From Treponemataceae bacterium (GTDB lineage Bacteria; Spirochaetota; Spirochaetia; Treponematales; Rectinemataceae): a DNA stretch of 64,000 nucleotides. Positions 29,060 to 36,504 of this stretch are shown here, piece after piece. The notes beneath the pieces were generated by a model. The model was not told the origin of the DNA and did not search any database. It saw only the letters and a program-made list of their open reading frames with translations. The stretch is taken from positions 256,001-320,000 of the forward strand of contig CAXXVZ010000002.1 of assembly GCA_963678065.2 (NCBI GenBank). Reading direction: 5' to 3'. Numbering within the stretch: the stretch's first letter is position 1; each line of letters starts with the position of its first letter. The translations under genes and the position numbers were made by a program.

Positions 29060-29125
29060 TTGACAGGTGGCGATTCATGGTTCAGTATACAGTTCGATAC
29101 AGAAATTATCGATGTCGAACTATAT
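29060..29125 (+). promoter_or_regulatory. Promoter (TTGACA) plus 38-bp operator, copy 2, upstream of marR
   Basis: TTGACA at 29060; TACAGTTCGATACAGAAATTATCGATGTCGAACTATAT at 29088-29125, same 28-nt offset from -35 as copy 1. Confidence 0.75.
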
Positions 29126-29141
29126 TCGTGACGAGGTATCG

Positions 29142-29711
29142 ATGAAAACAGATGGCGATGTCTTGCAGCGCTACACCGAAGGACAGAGGTTCCTGTTCCT
29201 CGCCGAACAGTGCCTCAACCTGACCAAGAAGGCCCTCGACCCTATCCTGCGCGAGTATGGCCTGAACCATTCGCAGTACCTGATCCTGATGATCCTGAAT
29301 TACGCCGACACGACGGGGCAGCAGGTGATAAGCACCGAACTGTCCTATCTTCTCGGTCGGGAAAAACACACCATCACACCCCTCGTGGAGAGTCTGGTGA
29401 AGGCCGGCTGCATCGAGAGAGGCCGCGATCCGGACGACAGGCGGATCATATCGCTGACCCTCACACCGAAAGGGAAAGACCTGATCAGGAACGTGCAGCC
29501 CCTCACTATTCCGACCATAGCCGACATTCCCCTGGGCACACAGGAAGAGACGGCCACCCTGTTCAGAATCCTGGAAATTTTCCGGAGGACGTACGCGAAA
29601 AGGTCGGGACAGGACCCGGATCTGTACAGCGGGGCCTTCAACCGCCTGTTGGTCGAAGGGGAGCGCAAGCTGCTCGAGGGCGCGGAAACAGCGGCCCGGG
29701 AAGAAGGGTGA
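29142..29711 (+). CDS. MarR-family transcriptional regulator
   Basis: ATG 29142 after GAGG; YGLNHSQYLIL, LVKAGCIERGRDPDDRRIISLTLTPKG winged helix. Confidence 0.92.
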   Translation: MKTDGDVLQRYTEGQRFLFLAEQCLNLTKKALDPILREYGLNHSQYLILMILNYADTTGQQVISTELSYLLGREKHTITPLVESLVKAGCIERGRDPDDRRIISLTLTPKGKDLIRNVQPLTIPTIADIPLGTQEETATLFRILEIFRRTYAKRSGQDPDLYSGAFNRLLVEGERKLLEGAETAAREEG

Positions 29712-29716
29712 CGGAC

Positions 29717-30544
29717 ATGCCCAAAATCCTGCTCGGAAACGATGAATTCTACTATGAACAGACAGGACGCGGCGAACCTGTCGTCTTTATTTCCGGAATG
29801 GGAGGCGACCACTCCGACTGGAGATGGCAGCTGCCTTCCCATTCGCGTCACTTCCGCTGTCTTTGCTTCGACAACCGCGGAATCGGCGAAAGCGCCGGGG
29901 CCGCCGCCGGCCTCGGTTCCGGATCGTACACTCTGGAACTGCTCGCGAAAGACGTGGCGCGCCTCATGGACGCGCTTGGCCTGGAAAAGGCTCACATCGT
30001 GGGAGCGTCCATGGGCGGAGCCATCGCGCAGCGCTTTGCCCTGGACCATCCCGGAAGGCTCTTGAGCCTCTCCCTGCATTCGACCCTCGGCCGGGTGAGC
30101 TCACTGACGAGGCTCAAATTCGACACGCAGCTCTACCTTCTCCAGAAGCTGGAAGTCGTCGACGTCCTCATGAGTCTCGCGCCCATGATCTGGGCGGAAC
30201 GCACGCTCTCCGAACGCCGCCACATCATCGAGGCTTTCCGTTCGGCGAGAAGGGAAAAGGGGCTGCCAGTCGGCAAGGAAGTGTATCGCCTCCAGGCGCA
30301 GGCCCTTCTGAGGGCCGACTTTTTCCCGCGGCTCGGGGAAATACGGGTGCCTGTCCTGGTCACGGCGGGGGCGGAAGACGGTCTCATCCCGGCGCATGAA
30401 TCCCGCCTCATCCACAAGGCCATCCCCGGTTCCGAGTATCACCTTTTCGCGGGCTGCGGACACGCATCGACCATGGAGAATTCGCGGGGCTTCAACGCGG
30501 TCTCGCTGAAATTCCTGAAAAAACACGGAGGGCAAACGAGATGA
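29717..30544 (+). CDS. Alpha/beta-fold hydrolase (esterase or lactonase-like)
   Basis: Start MPKILLG at 29717; FDNRGIGES, nucleophile elbow GASMGG, GAEDGLIP (Asp), GCGH (His). Confidence 0.92.
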   Translation: MPKILLGNDEFYYEQTGRGEPVVFISGMGGDHSDWRWQLPSHSRHFRCLCFDNRGIGESAGAAAGLGSGSYTLELLAKDVARLMDALGLEKAHIVGASMGGAIAQRFALDHPGRLLSLSLHSTLGRVSSLTRLKFDTQLYLLQKLEVVDVLMSLAPMIWAERTLSERRHIIEAFRSARREKGLPVGKEVYRLQAQALLRADFFPRLGEIRVPVLVTAGAEDGLIPAHESRLIHKAIPGSEYHLFAGCGHASTMENSRGFNAVSLKFLKKHGGQTR

Positions 30545-31407
30545 TCTTTTCTCTGCTGATCGACGGCCTGTCCGTCGGCTCGGTGTACGCGCTGGTCGCC
30601 GTGGGCCTCGTCATGCTCGCCCAATCGACTGGAACGCTGAACTTCGCCCACGGCGATTTCATGATGTTCAGCACCTTTGTCGCGTATGCCCTTCTCGTGC
30701 AGCTACGCCTGCCCTTCACCGTGGCCCTCATCGGCGCGATGTGCTGCGCGGCCCTCATCGGCCTCGCTGTCGAGAGGCTGATCATCCGCAAACTCATCGG
30801 CGGTCCGATGGCCGCGTCCATCATGGCGACCCTCGGGATCGCCTACATCCTCCAGGGCGTGGCGAAGAACATCTGGTCGGACGATATCTTCCGCTTCCCC
30901 GAGTTCTTCCCCGGCGATTTCATCAAGATAGGCAGCGCCAGGATCTCGCCCCAGAGTCTCGGGGTCATCGTGTCGACGATTGTCGTGATCTCGATCCTCT
31001 ACCTCTTTCTCAACAGGACCAAGGCTGGCACGGCCCTGCGCGCGCTCACGCAGAACCGCCAGGCGGCCACCCTCATGGGGGTCCGGGTGACACGCATGTA
31101 CGCCCTCTCCTGGGCCCTCGGCGGTGTGCTCGCCGCACTCGCGGGCATCCTTCTCGCGCCCGCCCTCTTCCTCTCCACGGGCATGGGCGGAATCACCTTC
31201 ACGGGAATCATCGCGGCCATCATCGGCGGTTTCGGAAACATCTACGGGGCGATAATCGGCGGCTACATCCTGGGCGTGTTCTCCTCCATCCTGCCGCTCT
31301 TCATCCCGACCGAACTCCAGGGCATCATCCCCTTCGTCCTCCTCATGCTCGTGCTGTTCATCAAACCTACGGGAATAATCGGCAAGCGCACGGTGAAGAA
31401 GGTATAA
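30541..31407 (+). CDS. livH: Branched-chain amino acid-type (HAAT) ABC permease
   Basis: GSVYALVAVGL, LNFAHG, GTALRALTQNRQAATLMGV, IIGGFGN. Confidence 0.88.
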   Translation: MIFSLLIDGLSVGSVYALVAVGLVMLAQSTGTLNFAHGDFMMFSTFVAYALLVQLRLPFTVALIGAMCCAALIGLAVERLIIRKLIGGPMAASIMATLGIAYILQGVAKNIWSDDIFRFPEFFPGDFIKIGSARISPQSLGVIVSTIVVISILYLFLNRTKAGTALRALTQNRQAATLMGVRVTRMYALSWALGGVLAALAGILLAPALFLSTGMGGITFTGIIAAIIGGFGNIYGAIIGGYILGVFSSILPLFIPTELQGIIPFVLLMLVLFIKPTGIIGKRTVKKV

Positions 31408-31408
31408 T

Positions 31409-32419
31409 ATGGAAAACAAAAACAGAAAGCTGTCGCGCTTCATCCTGCCGCTCGGCCTGATCGCCCTGTATTTCGCGAGTCCTTTCTTCCTTTCCGAGTA
31501 CTGGCGCTACCTCCTGCTGATCATGTCCGTCATGGTCATCGTCGTGCAGGGTCTGAACGTCATGATCGGCTTCGCCGGGCTCTTCTCCTTCGGTCAGCCC
31601 GGTTTTATGGTTTTCGGCGCCTATTTCGGAGCGATACTGGCCACGAAACTCCCCTGGCTTCCCTTCCCGGTCGTCATGATCGCGGTCGGCTGCGCCTCCG
31701 CCCTTCTCGGGGTCCTGATAGGTTTCCCCTGTCTCCGGCTCCAGGGTTTTTACCTGGCCATGGCCACCTTCGGCTTCACCTCCGCGGTCTACCAGCTCAT
31801 CAATTACCTGAAGCCACTGACAGGCGGGAACGAGGGCATGTACGCTCCCGCGCCGGCTATCGCGGGCATCCGCCTCGGGTCCACGCAGTGTGTCCTCCTG
31901 ATCGCCGCGGTCTGTGTCGTGCTCGTGCAGTTCATCGTGCGGGAGATCGACCACTCGAGGACGGGCAGGGCCTGGAAGGCCATCCGCGACGACGAAATCG
32001 CCGCTTCCTCGATGGGGATCAACCTCCGCAAGGAAAAGCTGAAGGCTTTCGCCTTCGGGGCCGCCCTGGCGGGGGTCTCGGGCCTCCTGTACTCGTACGC
32101 GATAAAATACCTTGAAGTCAGCTATTTTAGCCTCATGGGGCTCTCGTTCTTCCTCATGATGGTGGTCGGAGGCATCGGCAAGGTCTACGGGCCCCTGTTC
32201 GGAAGCATTTTCCTGACCCTGCTTCCCCAGGTACTCGGAGGGAAGTTCAGCCAGCAGATGAATCTGGTGTACGGCTTCGTCCTCGTCTTTTTCATACTTC
32301 TCGCTCCTGAGGGCTTCTACGGGATCTGGCGCCGCATCAGGAAGGCCCTCCGCGCCGGAAGGGGTTCGAAGGATGAAGTCGGGCCTGAAACCCGGCGCAG
32401 AGAAGGAGGCGCGGCGTGA
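31409..32419 (+). CDS. livM: HAAT ABC permease
   Basis: GLNVMIGFAGLFSFG, LRLQGFYLAMAT, GRAWKAIRDDEIAA. Confidence 0.88.
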   Translation: MENKNRKLSRFILPLGLIALYFASPFFLSEYWRYLLLIMSVMVIVVQGLNVMIGFAGLFSFGQPGFMVFGAYFGAILATKLPWLPFPVVMIAVGCASALLGVLIGFPCLRLQGFYLAMATFGFTSAVYQLINYLKPLTGGNEGMYAPAPAIAGIRLGSTQCVLLIAAVCVVLVQFIVREIDHSRTGRAWKAIRDDEIAASSMGINLRKEKLKAFAFGAALAGVSGLLYSYAIKYLEVSYFSLMGLSFFLMMVVGGIGKVYGPLFGSIFLTLLPQVLGGKFSQQMNLVYGFVLVFFILLAPEGFYGIWRRIRKALRAGRGSKDEVGPETRRREGGAA

Positions 32420-33207
32420 ACAGCGTGAAAGCGAATGCCGTCCTCGGCATCGAGGGGGTGTCGATCAGTTTCGGCGGCATCCAGGCCGTGGCAGAGCTGA
32501 ATCTCGAAGTGCATGAGGGCGAGATCTTTTCCCTGATCGGCCCGAACGGAGCCGGGAAGACGACAGTCTTCAACATGATCAGCGGCTTCTACAAGCCCGA
32601 CAAGGGAGCGATACGCTTCGGGGGCCGCGAGCTCGTGAGCCTCAAGCCGCACGAGATAGCCGCGCTCGGCGTCGGGCGCACCTTCCAGAATCTGGAGTTG
32701 TTCTCCAAGATGAGCGTCCTCGAAAACCTGCTCATCGCCGAGCACCTGTTCACGCGGACCAATTTCTGGGGAGAGATTGCCGGTACTCCCCATGTGAAGC
32801 GCGAAGAAAAACGCATAGAGGCGGAGGCCTTGGCGATCCTGCGCTTCCTCGACCTCGAAGATACCGCCTCGTCGCCGATCTCGGAGTTTCCGTACCCGGT
32901 ACAGAAACGCATCGAACTCGCCCGCGCCCTCGCCCTGCGCCCCCGCCTGCTTCTGCTGGACGAACCGGCCGGCGGTCTGAACCGTGTGGAGACCACCGAG
33001 CTCGCGGGCATCATAAAACGCATCCGCGACGAGCGGGGGCTCACCATCCTTCTCGTCGAGCACGACATGTCGATGGTGATGAGCATCTCCGACAGGATCG
33101 TCGTCGTCGACCACGGCAGAAAAATAGCGGAAGGCAGGCCGGAAGCCATACAGAAAGACCCGAAGGTCATCGAGGCCTATCTCGGCAAGGGGGAGATCGA
33201 TGCTTGA
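32416..33207 (+). CDS. livG: HAAT ABC ATP-binding protein
   Basis: FGGIQAV, GPNGAGKT, RTFQN, LLDEPAGGLN, VEHDM, VIEAYLG. Confidence 0.92.
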   Translation: MNSVKANAVLGIEGVSISFGGIQAVAELNLEVHEGEIFSLIGPNGAGKTTVFNMISGFYKPDKGAIRFGGRELVSLKPHEIAALGVGRTFQNLELFSKMSVLENLLIAEHLFTRTNFWGEIAGTPHVKREEKRIEAEALAILRFLDLEDTASSPISEFPYPVQKRIELARALALRPRLLLLDEPAGGLNRVETTELAGIIKRIRDERGLTILLVEHDMSMVMSISDRIVVVDHGRKIAEGRPEAIQKDPKVIEAYLGKGEIDA

Positions 33208-33910
33208 GCTGAAGGAGGTATCCTGCTCGTACGGGAAAGTGCGGGCGCTGCGCGATTTCTCCCTGAAGATCGAAGAGGGTTCCATCGTGTCCATTCTGGG
33301 CGCGAATGGCGCGGGCAAATCGACCTGCCTCAGGGCGATCTCGCGCCTCGCAAAGCTTCAGTCCGGCCGCATTCTGTTTCAGGGCAAAGATATCACAGGC
33401 CTCGGGCCCTCAGAGGTCGTCCGGCTGGGACTCATCCAGGTTCCGGAAGGAAGAATGCTTTTCCCGCAACTCAACGTGGAAGAGAACCTGAACATGGGCG
33501 CGTATTGCAGGAAGGACCGGGAAGGCATCAGGAAGGACAAGGAAAAGATGTTCGGGTATTTCCCCATCCTGGAGCAGAGGCGGCGCCAGACAGCCGCGAC
33601 CCTGAGCGGCGGCGAGCAGCAGATGCTGGCCATAGCCCGGGGCCTCATGGCGAGGCCGAAGATTCTCCTCCTCGACGAGCCTTCGCTGGGCCTCGCGCCG
33701 GTGATCGTGGAGAACATATTCTCCTTCCTGCGCGAGCTGAAGAAGGCGGGCACGACGATTCTCCTCGTCGAACAGAACGCCGCGATGGCGCTGCGCATCG
33801 CGGACTCAGGCTATGTCCTCGAAACGGGCAGTCTGGCCATGTCGGGGCCGGCCTCCGAACTCCTGAAAGACAAAAAAGTGAGAGAATCATATCTCGGAAT
33901 CGGATCGTGA
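33200..33910 (+). CDS. livF: HAAT ABC ATP-binding protein
   Basis: GANGAGKS, VPEGRMLF, LSGGEQQMLA, LDEPSLGLAP, VEQNA. Confidence 0.92.
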   Translation: MLELKEVSCSYGKVRALRDFSLKIEEGSIVSILGANGAGKSTCLRAISRLAKLQSGRILFQGKDITGLGPSEVVRLGLIQVPEGRMLFPQLNVEENLNMGAYCRKDREGIRKDKEKMFGYFPILEQRRRQTAATLSGGEQQMLAIARGLMARPKILLLDEPSLGLAPVIVENIFSFLRELKKAGTTILLVEQNAAMALRIADSGYVLETGSLAMSGPASELLKDKKVRESYLGIGS

Positions 33911-33965
33911 ACGTGGACGGGGGCCGTCGGCTCCCATGACACATACTGTGTTTACGGAGGAAATC

Positions 33966-35177
33966 ATGAGAAAAGGATTCGTGTGCGCGCTCGCGCTGTT
34001 TGTGGTTCTGGCGACGGCCTCGGTCTTCGCCGCGGGGAGCCCGGCGACGCCGGGCGTGACGGATGACAAAATCGTCATCGGTTACACCATGCCGATGTCG
34101 GGCGGGCTGGGGTACATGGGAAGTCAGACGGCCTACGCCACCGAGACCATCTTCGACAAGTACAACGCCCAGGGTGGAATCTACGGGCGGAAACTCGTTC
34201 TCGTGAAATACGACAGCGGAATGGACGCCGGCCAGGCCCTCGCGAATTACCGCAAGCTCATTCTCGAGGACAAGGTCTTCGCGGTTCTCTTCGGTTTCGG
34301 CTCCTTCGTCCGCCCCGCCTACTCCTTCTTCGAAGAGCAGAAAGTGCCCTGGCTCTTCCCCTGGGCCCCGCCCGAGGACGTGATGTTCCCGGCGCGCAAG
34401 TATCTGTTCAGCCTCTTCCCGACGACCGCCTCCCAGATGAAGGTCGAGGCAAACTGGATCGTCGACCAGAACAAGTGGAAGCGGCTCGCCTGCATCTACG
34501 GCGATTCGGCCTCGGGCAAGACCGGCCTCGACATGCTGAAGGAAATCCTCAAGGATTCTCCCGTCAAACTCGTCGCCGCCGAAGCCATCCCCAATGACGC
34601 GACTAGCGCCGCGGTCCAGGTGGCCAAGATAAGCCAGACCAATCCCGACATGGTGCTCATGATCGGCATGGTCCACCAGCCCGCCGCCGTGATCATCAAG
34701 GAGATCAAGAAAGTCGGACTCAAGACCGACATGATGGTGGCGATGTCCCTGATAGGGCCGACCATCCCGAAACTGCTCGAGGGAACCAATCTCGATGGGC
34801 TCTACGGAGCATGGTGGGGCGCGATCCAGTATCCGAACAGTCAGGCGACCGAGACCAAGCAGATGAAAGATCTCCGGATGCTCCTCATGAAGGCCCATCC
34901 CGAGATTTACAACGACTCGAATGTGGGTGGCAATGTCGAGCACGGCCTCAGCGTGGAAGTCTTCATCGAAGCCCTCAGAAGGGCCGGGAAGGATCTGACG
35001 CGGGAAGGCCTGATCAAGGCTCTCGAAACCATGAAAGCCTACGACACGGGCAAGGGGAATTTTGCGACCTTCTCCCCGACGCGGCGCGAGGGTATCGCGG
35101 GCGGCTTCGTGATCCAGATCCAGAAAGGCGACTGGGTACCGGTCAGCAAGTGGATCGATGTCGATGTAGGTCAATAA
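33966..35177 (+). CDS. HAAT-type (LivK-like) substrate-binding protein, substrate unknown
   Basis: ATG 33966 after GGAGG; signal peptide ending VFA; PGVTDDKIVIG, GGIYGRKL, AGKDLTREGLIKALE. Confidence 0.88.
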   Translation: MRKGFVCALALFVVLATASVFAAGSPATPGVTDDKIVIGYTMPMSGGLGYMGSQTAYATETIFDKYNAQGGIYGRKLVLVKYDSGMDAGQALANYRKLILEDKVFAVLFGFGSFVRPAYSFFEEQKVPWLFPWAPPEDVMFPARKYLFSLFPTTASQMKVEANWIVDQNKWKRLACIYGDSASGKTGLDMLKEILKDSPVKLVAAEAIPNDATSAAVQVAKISQTNPDMVLMIGMVHQPAAVIIKEIKKVGLKTDMMVAMSLIGPTIPKLLEGTNLDGLYGAWWGAIQYPNSQATETKQMKDLRMLLMKAHPEIYNDSNVGGNVEHGLSVEVFIEALRRAGKDLTREGLIKALETMKAYDTGKGNFATFSPTRREGIAGGFVIQIQKGDWVPVSKWIDVDVGQ

Positions 35178-35207
35178 CCCGGATAGTCTGGATGGACTGA
35201 TGTGTGG

Positions 35208-35232
35208 CGGGGGCGCAAAAGCCCCCGTTTTC
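35208..35232 (+). terminator. Terminator-like hairpin after the SBP gene
   Basis: CGGGGGC-GCAAAA-GCCCCCG-TTTT. Confidence 0.6.
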
Positions 35233-35288
35233 ACGCTCAAGGGACGACAGGTCCCGCCCTGAGGCAGGACGGGGAAAGGAGCTGACAG

Positions 35289-36383
35289 ATGCGAAAGGGA
35301 AATCCCTACCTCGGCGGTGGCCGGTACATTCAGAACAAAGGCGCCAGCACGCTGTTGGGCTCGGAGCTGAAGCGCCTCGGCGCGACGAGGGCCTTCATAC
35401 TCGGAGGGCACACGGCCCTTTCGATCGCGCTCGGCCGCATCGAACCCGGCCTGAATGAAGAGTCGATCGCGTACTCGGTCGAGGAATTCGCCGGCCACTG
35501 CACAATCGAAAAATGCGGCTCGCTCCGCGGGAAGGCCGCGGCCTTCGGCGCCGACATGATTGTCGGCATAGGCGGCGGCAAAGCCCTTGATACGGCCAAA
35601 ATGGTCGCCAACGGCATGAATCTCGGAGTGGTCACCATCCCGACATCGGCGGCCACCTGCGCGGCCTTCGCCGTCCTCAGCGTGATCTACGCCGCGAACG
35701 GCGATGTGCAGTACATCGCCTTCCTCGATCGCGAGGTACAGTGTGTCCTCGTCGATACCGACATCATGGTCTCCCATTGCCCTGCCAGAATGCTCGCCTC
35801 CGGAATCGCGGATGCGGTCGCGAAATATCCCGAGATCGCTTTCAGCATGGATTATTCCACGGATTGGGAGAAGTCGGTTCTCCCCTCGGCGGCGCTCACC
35901 CTTTCGAAATTCACCTGGGATCTCTTCGAAAAAACAGGGGCCAAAGCCATCGCCGACGTACGGAGTATGAAGCATTCCGCCGAAGTGGAGGATGTGCTGT
36001 GCACCAGCGTGGCTCTGACCGGGACCGTCTCCTCGCTCATCAGCGGAGGCCGGCAGCTGGCCGTCGCGCACACCTTCTACGACGGCGTCTGCAAGCATTT
36101 CAAGGCGCAGCAGAAACGTTTTCTCCACGGCGAAATCGTCTCCGCCGGCATACTCCTCCAGCTTCATGTCAACCGCGCGGAGCCGGAACAGATCGATCGG
36201 ACGAGAACCTTCCTGCGCTCGCTGGGAACGCCGGTCTCGCTTTTCGATCTCGGCATCGAACCGAGTCCCGGGAATATCGACCCCATTTTCACCTACATCC
36301 GGGACACGATGAATCTCGGGGAGGACTGGATGAACGGGCGGCTGCGCTCCGGGCTGGAAGGGATACTCGCGCGCCGGGACTGA
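35289..36383 (+). CDS. Glycerol dehydrogenase-like metal-dependent oxidoreductase (GldA/HcxA family)
   Basis: GIGGGKALDTAK, PTSAATCA, GIADAVAK, AVAH, LHGEIV (Asp/His/His metal ligands). Confidence 0.88.
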   Translation: MRKGNPYLGGGRYIQNKGASTLLGSELKRLGATRAFILGGHTALSIALGRIEPGLNEESIAYSVEEFAGHCTIEKCGSLRGKAAAFGADMIVGIGGGKALDTAKMVANGMNLGVVTIPTSAATCAAFAVLSVIYAANGDVQYIAFLDREVQCVLVDTDIMVSHCPARMLASGIADAVAKYPEIAFSMDYSTDWEKSVLPSAALTLSKFTWDLFEKTGAKAIADVRSMKHSAEVEDVLCTSVALTGTVSSLISGGRQLAVAHTFYDGVCKHFKAQQKRFLHGEIVSAGILLQLHVNRAEPEQIDRTRTFLRSLGTPVSLFDLGIEPSPGNIDPIFTYIRDTMNLGEDWMNGRLRSGLEGILARRD

Positions 36384-36458
36384 GGGGTCGGGACTGATGG
36401 GCCGGGACTGAGGGGTCGGGACTGATGGGCCGGGACTGAAGGGCCGAGACTGAGAGTT
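36375..36458 (+). repeat. Tandem repeat, six 14-nt units CGGGACTGAnGGGy, overlapping the dehydrogenase stop codon
   Basis: cgggactgaggggt / cgggactgatgggc / cgggactgaggggt / cgggactgatgggc / cgggactgaagggc / cgagactgagagtt. Confidence 0.95.
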
Positions 36459-36504
36459 CCGGCTGCGCGGCCATGCGAACGCGATCTTTCCACGGAGGAC
36501 AAAC

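Noticed and set aside
36375..36458. Possible CRISPR array
   Set aside because: Units are 14 nt and contiguous, with no unique spacers and no cas genes in the window.
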